Below are positions 25,696 through 37,420 of a stretch of DNA of 64,000 nt, in pieces. The DNA is from Ruditapes philippinarum (taxonomy: Eukaryota): assembly GCF_026571515.1 (NCBI RefSeq), contig NW_026865826.1, positions 124,001 to 188,000 of the forward strand, given 5' to 3'. The first letter of the stretch is position 1. The number at the start of each line of letters is the position of its first letter. Made by a program: the position numbers and the translations under genes. Below the pieces are notes generated by a model, which saw only the letters and a program-made list of their open reading frames with translations, ran no database searches and was not told where the DNA came from.

Positions 25696-26499
25696 AACAA
25701 GAGCTGTCCGTAAGACAGCGCGCTCGACTTTTTTAGTGCTTGCCTATAATACAAAACATTGACAGTTAAGGGCCATAATTCAAATAAAATCTTTGACAGA
25801 ATTACCTTCTCCTGGACATGTTTGGGAATCATGATTGTAAACAAGTATTCCAACTTTCAAATTAATATCTCAAACAGTTCAGTCAAAAAGTGGACTGGTA
25901 CTAAAAACTTAACCAAGATTCTAAGTCGATAAAAGGCCTTAATTTTTAAAACAAATCCTTGACAGAGTTACCTTCTCTTGCGTACAGATGGGGGTAATGA
26001 TGTGAAATAGCATTCAAAGTTTCAAAGCAATATCTCAAAGGGTTAAGGCAATAAGTGGATTTTACCCATATTCAATGTATTTTCTAAGTCAAAAAGGGGC
26101 ATAATTCTGTCAAAAACCTTGACAGAGTTATGTCCTCTTGTCTGTTGATGAAGGTCGTGATGGTAAACAAGTATGGTCAGTTTCAAAGCAATACCTCCAA
26201 TGGTTTTGAAATAAAGTGAGGTGGTACAAAAAACTTAACCAAGCTCAATACACTTTCTAAGTCAAAAAAGGGCCATAATTATGTCAAAAACCTTGACAGA
26301 GTTATGTACTCTTGTCTGTAGATGGAGGTTATGATGGTGAACAAGTATGGTAAGTTTCAAAGCCATACTTGTAATACTTCTGAAATAAAGTGGGGTGGTA
26401 CGAAAAACTTAACCAAGGTGTGACGCCAACGCTAACGCCGACGCCGACGCCGGGGCGAGTAGGATAGCTCCCCTTTTCATAGAAAAGTCGAGCTAAAAA
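25696..26499 (-). mobile_element. Helentron-like element (ends shared with 21704-22722), about 165-175 bp units
   Basis: aacaagagctgtc...gacagcgcgctcgact and gtcgagctaaaaa ends; (ACGCCG)n; repeated ttgacagagtta. Confidence 0.75.
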
Positions 26500-26776
26500 T
26501 GGATATAGTTTGTTTTTCTAAATGTCTCATACCGTACCATTTTGCCTTATTTGAAAATAAAATACAGGCACACAATTTTCGCTGCTAAAAAATTAGATCA
26601 AAAAAAAATTTGCCAGTTAGCTTGCCCTGTTTCCGGTTATAAATTGTTGGTCCACTAATATATTTACTGGGCCACTAAAATTTTACAGTCAGTGGTCCAG
26701 GTGGCCACCAAGCTTAAATGGTTAGTTTTTATCAATGTTGTTGTATTTTAGTATGAAGACAATCCATTAAGAAAAA

Positions 26777-27772
26777 ACAAGAGCTGTCGCGAAAAGGTTT
26801 CTTAAGCATGCAGGTATTATGAAAAGAAAAGAGAATGAAAGTAACTAATTTATTATTGTATCTGTAATATAATAATCTCTAATTGTGTTCGCATGAACCT
26901 TCAAAATACAAGTGTGACCTTGACCTTTGAAGAAGTGACGTGGTTCCTGGACGAGACAAAATGTTGTTATGAGATAGACATTTGTGCCAAATTATTTCAT
27001 AATCCCTCAATGCATCACAAAGTTACAGTCTGGACACGATTGTTGTGTGAGTGGGGACAAATGGACATGAGCTTAAGCCGCGACACATTGTCTTGATGTG
27101 GTAGACATTTGTGCCAAGTTAATTTAAAATCCTTCAATGCATGACAAAGTGCATTCAAGACATGAATGTGTATCTTCAAAATCTTCTAGAGAGAAAGAGT
27201 ACCTTCAAACTACAAGTGTGACCTTGATCTTGAAGTTAGGGACATGGGTCTTTGTCGCGACATGTCGTCTGATGTGGTAGACATTTATGCCTAGTTATTT
27301 CAAAATCCTTTAATGCATGACAAAGTTACAGCCCGGACAAGAATGTGTGTACCTATAAACTCTAATTGTGATAAAGTGAACTTCAAAATGGTAGTGTGAC
27401 CTTGACCTTCGAGGTAGGAAATTGATTATTGGACGCGACACATCCTCTTGATGTCGTAGACATTTATGCCTAGTTATTTTAAAATCATTTGATGCATGAC
27501 AAAGTTACAGTCTGGACACGAATATGTGTACCTATTTACTCTAATTCCGATAATGTGAAACTTCAAAATGATAGTCTGACCTTGACCTTTGAGGTAGGGA
27601 CGTGGTTCTTTTACGCGACACATCATCTTGATGTGGTAGACATTAGTGCCAAGTTATTTTAAAATCACTCAATGTATGACAAAGTTACCGTCCAGACACT
27701 AATGAAGTGGGACAGACAGATGGACAGACAGACGATGCGATTATATTTTGCCTCCCTTCAAGCGCATAAAAA
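26777..27772 (-). mobile_element. Helentron-like element with about 180-bp units
   Basis: aacaagagctgtc end; repeated gtgtgaccttgacctt; (GACA)n at 27711-27732. Confidence 0.6.
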
Positions 27773-28305
27773 TTATGAACAATTTTGGAGTTTGTGGGCG
27801 GCAATGGGTACAGGCATGGCCGGACAACATAACTGTAGCAATAGCTCAAACATTTTCATTGAAAATGTGGAGCTAAAAATTGCCCTATATAGATTCTTAT
27901 AAAAATATACATAAAATAATTATGTAAAAAGCAATACGTTTAAGTCAAGTAGTTCAGTAAATAATATAAAATCAATTATGAAGCAGATTTTAAAACTATG
28001 CTGCCTGCCATTCAATTAACATTCATTACTAAAAATGCCAGCATTATGAAATGAAAAAAAACGTATAACAATGGAAACTTAAAAATTTAAATTGCTGTAA
28101 AAGCAATTTTTCATTGAATTATCATATATACATGTATATTGCTGCCATAAAAAACAATGTATATAAAATTAGATGTATAAGCATGCAGATTAACATCCTT
28201 AAATTATCAGTACAGTACACCCAACATACATGTACATTGTACATGTGAACATGAAAAAAAATTTAAACAAGAGCACTGCATGCCATGTTTATGCTCATCT
28301 GTTAA

Positions 28306-28814
28306 AGGGATACTCAGGCAAAATAATGACAAAAATATTAAAATGATCTTATGTATTCAAATCACACTAAAATTACTTTTTTCTAAAGTCCCAACATAAA
28401 TTTCGGTATAAATTATATATATTTTTGGTTTGAAGTGTAAATATATCTATATATGTTAAACGAAATTTAGACGCCAACAGAGTCACCGAAAAGTTTTAAA
28501 ACAAGTCATGTGACTTGAACAAACCCTGGAAAATACAATAACAGATATTGTGGATATTGTATGATTGAAACAAGTCTAAGTCATACATTTAACATGCTCT
28601 TTAACGTTTCCAGAGTTCACTGTTGCAACTAATGTGAAATCTTAGTGCTCTAACCTGACCCACGCGGGTCAAGTTAGGAAAACACCATTTTATTCTTTAT
28701 ATTTAGAAAAGTTTTGTTCCTTTGACTGTCTAGTGTACTAATTTTGAGGACATTTACAGAATAATGAATGAAACATTCAAAACTAAGAAATGAAAATTTT
28801 GCCTGTGTCTCCCT
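28306..28814. mobile_element. Kolobok-like MITE (TTAA TSD)
   Basis: TTAA|agggatactcaggcaaaa ... ttttgcctgtgtctccct|TTAA (2 mismatches in 18). Confidence 0.75.
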
Positions 28815-29480
28815 TTAAGGCAACAACTATCCATAACAAATTCTGACAAAACTATGTAAAAAAGGGACATAACTAAAAAATACAGCTTTCATAATTATGA
28901 CCCTTTTCTAATGACCGCACCTTGTCAAGATATGCAATTCTTCCATGTTTCAAGTTGATAAATTAAAATAATTTAATGGGTCACATTAAGTTTTTTTTCA
29001 AGACAACAACTACAAGTAACAACATCATAAAAATTCAAATCTTTCTTCCAAACAGATGAGCTTTGTAAGAAAAATTTCATTAAGCCATTTTAACATGATT
29101 TTTTATTATAAAACATCCTAGCATTATTGCATTTACATGTGTGATTAAATGAGCACCGGATTGTCATTGAACATTTTCTGAGACAGTTTTTTATTCATTT
29201 TTGGTTTAATGCTTAAATAAACTTTAATCACATACAACAAAGGGCATTTTCCATGTTTTAAGAAGGTCCAAGATACATTTGAGCAGACTGATTTAAGACA
29301 GTCATTTTGGCTTCTAGCGTCCTCCAAATGACTACCCTGCAATCATGTATTTAATAAACTAAATTAATTCCCACTCCTAATTTTATAATTCATAACATAA
29401 TTGTTAAGTTAACAAACAATGCCAACAATAACAAAAAAACAACAAGAAAATAAGAAATTTGGCATCAAAGTTAAGAAACA

Positions 29481-32180
29481 TTACTGATTCTGTGTGGACT
29501 GATGAAACTGAGATACATTTCCTGGGCTTTGGTATGACGGGTAACCAACAAAGCCCCAGATACTTGCAATGGCTTGACTCAAAGAGGAGTCTGAGGAGAC
29601 CGGGGTATTGGGTGCTGGTTGACCAACAGTAAGGCCTTCTGATACAGGGGTTAAAGGCACTATTGTGGCATTTTGCATCATATTTGTATTTTGTCCTTGA
29701 TTTACTTGCACTGGCTGTTGAACAGGAGTTTCTTCACCATTTTCAAGCTTGTCACAAGCTTGATTTGGCATTTTTGTAGCTACGAAAGTCATTGTAGAAA
29801 AGTCAATCACTTGATTAAATCCATTGCTAAGTGGTGCAGGGGATGCTTCACCTACATTCTGATTTTGAGATAGTTCCTGATTGTTTTGTGAAGCTGCAAT
29901 TGCATATAAAGTTCCCGGTTGAAGAGTCTGAAATGTTTGGTAATTCTGTGTACCATTAGCGACGCTACCGTTTAATGTCTGTCCTTGAACGCCATTGAAT
30001 ACATTAATATAATTTGGATCTTGCAGTATGTTGTTTTGAACAGGGTTTAACACAATAAGACTTGGTTCTTGCTGGCATATTTCTGTAGGTTCTTGCAAAA
30101 CTGGAGTTTTAACTTGTACCTGTTTTGGCGAAACTTTTTGGCTGGTTTTCTTTGATGGAGATGGTTTTTTCGATGGATTGGACTTGTATACTCTATTCTG
30201 TCCAGTCCCACCAAACACATAGTAATCACTTTTCTTCTTTACAGAAGATTGAATATCTTCCCGCCAGTTTGTTTCATTTTTCTGATGCAAAGATATCATA
30301 TGTCTTCTAATTGTTGATGTATCACCGAAAGATTTATTGCAGAGTTGGCATGTGTAAGGCCGTACACCTGAATGTATTCTCTCATGTCGCTCCATTGCCT
30401 GCTTTTGGGCAAAGCCTCGCCCACATACAGGACATATGTGGTCCTTTACAGTTTTATGTGTTTTTAAATGAATGTGAAGGGTGGTTCTTTGTCGAAATGC
30501 TTTATCACAAAAAACGCAAGTGAATCGTCGTATATTGTCATGCATGAATTTGTGCTCTTTTAATGACTTGTGATAAACAAAAGCTTTTTCACAGATGTCA
30601 CATTTATATGGTTTAATTCCATTGTGTGCATTGCAGTGTTGTTTATATGAACTCCTTTGACTAAATTTTTTCCCACATATTTGACAAAGATATACTTTCT
30701 TTTGACCCAAGTGCACTGACTTCATATGTAGAGCAAGAGAATATTTGGTGGTCAAAGATTTAAAACAATGTTCACATTTATAAATAGGTTTTACATATCC
30801 TGATTCATGGGTTTTAAGATGACTGTCAAAAATTTGCTTATTTTTGTAAACTTTTGAGCACTGATCACAAAAAAAATAGGAGCCACTGTGTATATTTTCT
30901 TGATGTTTCAAAAGGTCTTTTGTGTAACCAAATTTCTTGTCACACTTGTCACATGCAAATTCTTTTCGATGACTCCGCTGAATGTGAGAATTCAGTCTCA
31001 CCTTTATTGGTGTAACATAGTTACATTCTAGACAATGAAATTGTTCGGATTCTGAATTTTGCTTTGCCTTGACATTTCTAATGCCTGGTTCTTTGATTTT
31101 CTCTTTGACTACAATACCTGGACATTTGTGCCTATTTAAATCTGTCGGATATCCGAATCGTTTTTCACAAACATTACACTGATACTCTCTTATATGAATG
31201 CGTCTCATGTGTTCAAGGTAACGTTTTCTTGACTTCAAAGTAACATTACATTCCTTACAATTATGACTTTGGTCACCATCGTTTCTTTTAGCTCTACTCC
31301 AATAACCTTTATCCCCTGGTTTTTTTGTAGCAGTTTTCTCTTTTGCAACCTTTTGACCATTTTCTTCAGTTTTTACGACAGATTTGGTGATGTGATTTTT
31401 AATGTGTTTATTTCTATTATTAAATGATTTTGATGTGGTCACAGCATTAGAATTGTTTGGTGACAAAGAATCCAACTGGTCTAAGTCTTCAACATTTTCA
31501 GACTTAATATAAATCTTCTGCACTTTACTATCACCAGTCGTCTGACTATTTAATGGTGATATGCTGCCTTTTTTAACTGACTCGGAAGAATTGATTTTGG
31601 GTTTAGCTTTTGATTTAACAGCATTGCTCTGTTCTGTATCTTTCTTGTGCTGAATTAATATTTTGCGCTTTAAAGTTTTGTGATCTGGTGTACTTTTCTC
31701 ATTGTTTGGCACAATCCTCTTCTGGTCTTTTCTTTTGAACTTCAATTTATCTCTGAGACTGGAATACTCCTTTTCTAAAGTTTCAATAGTTTTTTCTATC
31801 AAAGCATTGTCAGATTCACAACCGTCTGTATGAAAATCATTCCATCTACTTTCACTTTCACTTTGGACATGTTTCAATTTATATTTCTGAAAGAAATCAT
31901 TGAAAGTATCACAGTTACAAATTTGAGCAATTTTATCATCCAAGACATTCTCAAAGTCAGGCTCGTGATCTGGAATCTGTTGCCAGTGGGTTAAAATCTC
32001 AAAAGCTGCATTAACACGCTCCCAGTCACCGGTCACTGCATACGATTTGTTTGCCTTACTAAACTGTATACCTGTAACCAGCCTAAGCTTCGTGAGTTTG
32101 GACTGCAGGATTTCCTTCGAACACGATTTTACGAATTCCTCTGTCAAAAGAACCGTTGTATTTGTAAATAAATCGTTCAT
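29481..32180 (-). CDS. Intronless C2H2 zinc-finger protein, 899 aa, 11 fingers (one C2HC), Q/N-rich C-terminal region
   Basis: Uninterrupted 2.7-kb ORF; CxxC-x12-Hxxx(x)H repeats with HNGIKPY and HSGVRPY linkers. Confidence 0.92.
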   Translation of the reverse strand: MNDLFTNTTVLLTEEFVKSCSKEILQSKLTKLRLVTGIQFSKANKSYAVTGDWERVNAAFEILTHWQQIPDHEPDFENVLDDKIAQICNCDTFNDFFQKYKLKHVQSESESRWNDFHTDGCESDNALIEKTIETLEKEYSSLRDKLKFKRKDQKRIVPNNEKSTPDHKTLKRKILIQHKKDTEQSNAVKSKAKPKINSSESVKKGSISPLNSQTTGDSKVQKIYIKSENVEDLDQLDSLSPNNSNAVTTSKSFNNRNKHIKNHITKSVVKTEENGQKVAKEKTATKKPGDKGYWSRAKRNDGDQSHNCKECNVTLKSRKRYLEHMRRIHIREYQCNVCEKRFGYPTDLNRHKCPGIVVKEKIKEPGIRNVKAKQNSESEQFHCLECNYVTPIKVRLNSHIQRSHRKEFACDKCDKKFGYTKDLLKHQENIHSGSYFFCDQCSKVYKNKQIFDSHLKTHESGYVKPIYKCEHCFKSLTTKYSLALHMKSVHLGQKKVYLCQICGKKFSQRSSYKQHCNAHNGIKPYKCDICEKAFVYHKSLKEHKFMHDNIRRFTCVFCDKAFRQRTTLHIHLKTHKTVKDHICPVCGRGFAQKQAMERHERIHSGVRPYTCQLCNKSFGDTSTIRRHMISLHQKNETNWREDIQSSVKKKSDYYVFGGTGQNRVYKSNPSKKPSPSKKTSQKVSPKQVQVKTPVLQEPTEICQQEPSLIVLNPVQNNILQDPNYINVFNGVQGQTLNGSVANGTQNYQTFQTLQPGTLYAIAASQNNQELSQNQNVGEASPAPLSNGFNQVIDFSTMTFVATKMPNQACDKLENGEETPVQQPVQVNQGQNTNMMQNATIVPLTPVSEGLTVGQPAPNTPVSSDSSLSQAIASIWGFVGYPSYQSPGNVSQFHQSTQNQ

Positions 32181-32281
32181 TTTTAAAAAGGAAATACGCT
32201 AACATAATGTTAGGTCCAATATAACGCTGATCTTGCCAAAATTTCCATTATTTTGGCCAGCAAACAAGCGGATAAAATCGA

Positions 32282-32290
32282 CCGGAAGTG
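32282..32290 (+). promoter_or_regulatory. ETS/GABP motif in the likely promoter of the zinc-finger gene
   Basis: CCGGAAGTG about 100 bp upstream of the ATG. Confidence 0.5.
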
Positions 32291-32470
32291 AAATTGAACA
32301 TTTCCATTAAAGAGCATAAATAAGGGAGGTAACTCTTTCACTCTTTATATTCATCGAGGCCCTGGAAGAGCTCCAGATAGGCTTATAGGGTTTCCATTGT
32401 AAACATAATGTACCCATAGACACTTTGGGTGTGGAGCTTAAAACGCCTTTAAAATCCAAATAAAAGGTAT

Positions 32471-32714
32471 ATTTGTCAATCCGAGCACATGTACTGATCA
32501 TATATATCAAAAAACTTAATATAAGCCGTTTTGAAAAAAAAACATACATGTATTTCAACGTCTATAATAATACATTTATAGACAATACTTAGTATATTAC
32601 AATATTTACAATTATAGACGTTGAAATATGAATTTTTTTTCAAAACGGCTTATATTAAGTTTTTTATATACATGATATATGATCAGTACTGTACATGTGC
32701 TGGGATTGACAAAT
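32471..32714. repeat. About 245-bp imperfect inverted repeat (foldback)
   Basis: atttgtcaatcc...ttcaacgtctataat pairs with attatagacgttgaa...ggattgacaaat. Confidence 0.8.
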
Positions 32715-33119
32715 GTACAGGGTCTCAAGAGTCAAGAGTGCTTTCAGTGGGGTTCATTGAACTATCGAATGTTTTCAAGAACAGTACATACAGTATACCT
32801 AAATTTTCGTTTTAAACGATTTTCTTTTTAAACATAATTTAAAAGACTAGCAGTTGTATTGTGTAACATAAATTTCAACTGGGAAATAGCATTTTTATAC
32901 GCCCTTTAGTACATTTAAGTGTCTGAAATAAAAAAGAACCGTACGTAAATCAACACTTTTTACATAACATTTTTCGTTGTATTATGCTCTTTTACTTTTC
33001 ATTAAATTAAATAAAAATAACCTGATGGTGTATATATCTAATTGAATTTTTTGAGATGTGAACACACATATAATCTGTAAGATGTCTTCAAAATAGGAGA
33101 ATTGAAGCGTCTGGGGTGA

Positions 33120-33447
33120 ATTGCATGGGGCATGGTGTTGGCAGTTTTCACTCTGGATCACGGCAGTTAGCCACATATTGAATTTGCCAGAGTACAGTCC
33201 AGCATTGGACAGGCTGTCAAGCAGTTTACATATGCTCATCAGAATTGGTGGATTAAAAGATATATATAAGTTACTTTCTCAAGGAATTGAAACGTCTGTG
33301 CATGCCAGAGCAGAGATACTATGCGAATGACCGTAGAAAAGGTATCAAGATCAATCACAACGAAAGTGATCTGCACCGTCCCGGAATTGAACCCAGGTCG
33401 CCCAATTCACAGCCCAACGCTCTACCTATTGAGCTAACCGGACGGCT
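33120..33447 (-). mobile_element. tRNA-derived SINE
   Basis: Minus strand: gccgtccggttagctcaataggtagagcg...gggttcaattccgg head; extent of the body is approximate. Confidence 0.6.
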
Positions 33448-33656
33448 TAATTAACTTGCATTAATGATGAGAAATCATTTTATATAGCCACGCTTAATGC
33501 AGACCTGCATGTGGCCGATGTATTCGCCTCTAAAGTAGTTCCTTGAAAGAAAATTAGTTGGTAGGAGTAAACGAATTAATTGGAAAAATATTTGTGAATG
33601 TTATTTTCCTTGTCAAAATATATAAATTAAAACAAAAAATTAAATAAATCACGGAA

Positions 33657-33658
33657 AA

Positions 33659-33725
<67 letters not shown>

Positions 33726-33726
33726 A
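33657..33726 (+). repeat. (AAAT)n microsatellite
   Basis: About 17 perfect units. Confidence 0.95.
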
Positions 33727-34473
33727 GGAAGGATGATGGCAGATATAAATCCGCTATTATTTCCAAAATGTTCACCGACCACTGCTATATTAAGCCTCTG
33801 TTAATTACTATGTAAGGACTACGGTCTTATCATAACTCTTTAAATTACAATGTAATTAGTTAGATAGTATTCTAGATTACTTCATATTACACATGCATAT
33901 TCACCAAGGCTCATATAATTGGTTTAAACATATTTATTGAAGCTCGATTGCGAAACAAGTTCTTGCAACTTATATCAATCACTTTCGAGATGTGACCATA
34001 TATAATTAAGGTCAAATATCAATTTTAGCAACAATTTCACGTTAGATTTTAGTAAACTAACATAAAAAACTATTGTTGTCTTAATCATAAAGTCGTCAAT
34101 TTTCTCTGATCGCGCTTTCTCTAGCGTGAGCGGCTGCAAAGTTTCCATGACGGGCACATTTTGAAGGTAAAGCTTTTTCCTTTTATACGCCTTTACAGTG
34201 GAGGGTACCTACATCTATGTTGCGCATACTACGGTGCTAAACGGAGCTGGTGTTTTTGACAGTGTTTCTCACTCAGGCGACATGTGACTTCACACTACAC
34301 ACCATTCAATGCAATTAGTATTTGTAAACATGTGGCCATTTGTGTATAATGTTGCGTAACTATTGTAGCTTTGCCTATGGTAAATTTGTCTTATTTACCT
34401 CTCTTTGACTGTCAATCATTACCATTTACGTATAAATTGGGAAGATTACGCTATATTTATAGTATATTATTAG

Positions 34474-35160
34474 TTATAAAGATCGTTGACCGGTTATATG
34501 GCCCTATATAAACGGCTGTTTGTAAATATAACCCGAGCCGTTGGGCGAGGGTTATATTGTAAACAGCCGTCTATATACGGCCATATAACCTGTCAACAAG
34601 ATTTCTTTATAACGAATTTATAATACAGCAAGCATCATTTTTAGAGAAATCAAGTAAGATTTCTTCATGGATCGATAGCAGCCGTGTATATAAAACTATA
34701 TAAACGTCACGATTATCCAATGAAAAATGACGTTACAAACGTGCAGTATTATAATATTTGTAACGTCGCTTTTCATTGGATAATCGTGACGTTTATATAG
34801 TTTTATATACACGGCTGCTGTCGTTTTATGAAGAAATATTGCTTTAATCCTCTAAAAATGATGCTTGCTGTATTATAAATTCGTTATAAAGATTTTTGAC
34901 ACGTTATATGGTCCTATATAAACGGTTGTTTGTAAATATAAACCGAGCCGCTAGGCGAGGTTTATATTGCAAACAACCGTTTATATACGGCCATATAACC
35001 TGTCAGAAATATTCATAACGAATTTATAATACAGCAAGCATCATTTTTAGAGGATTAAAGCGAGATTTCTTCATAAAACGACAGCAGCCGTGTATATAAA
35101 ACTATATAAACGTCACGATTATCCAATGAAAAGCGACGTTACAAACGTGCAGTATTATAA
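34474..35160. repeat. Compound palindrome built from a duplicated and inverted hairpin element
   Basis: Arrangement H-B-B'-H-B; 34757-35145 is a near-perfect palindrome centred on cgagccgctaggcgag. Confidence 0.8.
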
Positions 35161-37065
35161 GTTCAATATGACGGGCTTTTGTTTAATGGTTATTCTGTCA
35201 GATCCAAAATTTCAGACGTATCTAAAGTAGCCGAGTCTTTGCCAGCCGAGCTATCAGATCAGAAATATATTTTATTATTTATAAATCTGGACTCGTTAAT
35301 GATGATTTAGTCAATGTCCTTGTTGTGATACCCAAACCATCAAAATCGACAAAAAGAGAGGCAGGCAAAGCTAGAGTTCTTACAAGTGAAGAGGTTCAGC
35401 GTGAAAGAGAGGAAAAGGAGGAAAAGTATTAGATTATAACGGGGTAGTAAGCCTATATACAAGTATTTCCCTGATGTTTCGTACTTTTAAATATTATGCT
35501 ACACAGTTTATGCATTATCTTCATTTTTAATAATTTACAAATACAACCGTTAAATCATCTTTTATCAAACACTTTAACAATGACCTGTACTTTTCGTTAA
35601 TCGAATGCAGCAGTCTTAAACTGCCGCATGGACTTTTCCAACGAATCAGATGAAACGAGGTAAAGTGACCCCACATTATTATGGTCCCCTGTCATTCCCC
35701 CTTCCCCCGAAAAATTGTAACCTCTCTTTAAAGTAATGAACCCCGGTCTTTAGCTGTTTTTTAAAGAAAAAAATACCCTTTTCATAATAATATGGTCCCT
35801 TTACGAAAATGTAACGTCACAATTTATCGAAAATAAAATAGGTTATGATTGCATGAAAAAGCTCACTTCTTGTATTTTAATAAAATATGACCTTGATTTA
35901 CAGCAATTGCATTATTTGCATCGAGTTTCGGGGATAACGTGTCAAAATTATGATGTGCTAGGGTAATCTATGGGTAATAATATTTTAATTTAATGTAATT
36001 GATATAAGACCATTTTGGTTGTTATGTACACCTATTTATTTCTGTTCCTTTTTTTGCAGTTTCAAGGGAAAAAAACAAGTTGAACCTCAAAACAAGTTTT
36101 TACATGATTATTTGACACAGTGTCTTCGTAGAAGAAAATAATCAGGATCCAGTGGTGGACGTTTAGTATACCAGAAATATTCACATGGAGGAGTATATAT
36201 CCAAACTTTTAAGTTAGTTTTGAAAGAATAAAGAAAAAAAATTACTTACTTTCTTTAAAAGTGAATATTTATTGTTTTGTGTGTTACACTTAATTTTGAC
36301 AGAAAGGAATATTTTTCCTCACTTATCCGATTTTATTACCGATGAAATCAACTGCAAAAGAAAGGTTTATTTTCCATGATTTCCATTTTCTATGAGTTAT
36401 TTAAAAGAAAACCTTTTTAAGCATGTTGTAAATATGAATACTTTAATTGACATATATTGTAATAGTTAACGTATACTGTAGACCATTAAATGAAAATGAT
36501 TTGTTGACTGTTGTTTGTTATTACTATATAGTATTTTGGATTACACAATGTGTATAATTGTATTAACTGAAAGAGGTCTGATAAATGTTGAACTTCAATT
36601 TTGAAAAGACATGTAGCTCTTATTTTTTTTAATTTTAATAGTTTATATACAATTTATAAATATCAAACTTTATTTCATTATCACTATAAATGATTAAAAG
36701 TGAGTCATTTTTGTGATGTTATACAAATGTGTTGGAAATTTATATTTACTGTACATTAAGTTTTACATGAATAGGTAAATCAGAAACTGTGTTATACATT
36801 TTGTTTAATTGTTTTTATGATCACTGTCTTTAAATAATAAAATCACTTTTTGAGTATAGAAAGTTTTGTGTTTTCTCTTTATTTGGGAATTATTTAATGA
36901 AAACGGGTCAAATTTATGTTTGGAATTGGTTGGAATTACGTTGGAAACTAGTTGGTATTACGTAAGTAACTGGTTAGAATCATGTTGAAAACTGGTTGGA
37001 TTCACGTTGGGAATAGGTTGGAAAGTAGTTGTATATACCATGTATACGTTGAATAGAGGTTGGAT

Positions 37066-37420
37066 TTATCACACATCCGTGCCGATTTTGCGACTCCGTA
37101 AATATGGTATTGCACGGCCGTGCATATATTTTGACGTGACGTCATTAGCGTTATACAAACATAGTGTAAAAGACGCGCTAAATGTTAGCGTTATACTACA
37201 GGCGCGTCAATGAAAAATGTGTCTTATTTCACTTTAAACGGACTTTATTTTGGGTATGTGATAAATAGAATATTAAATTTGTGTAAATTCAATACTGAAT
37301 TTATTGCACTCGTTGAATAAAACAATATTATGCTCGCCAGAGGCTCGCATAATATAATTTTATTCAACTCGTGCAATAAATTCAGTATTGAATTTACACT
37401 CATTCAATATCCTCTATTTA
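37066..37420. mobile_element. Hairpin-type non-autonomous element
   Basis: Hairpin 37262-37420 centred on ctcgccagaggctcg, ending tatcctctattta; homologue at 19793. Confidence 0.6.

Noticed and set aside
33554-33775. ORF with (YLFI)n
   Set aside because: Translation of the (AAAT)n microsatellite
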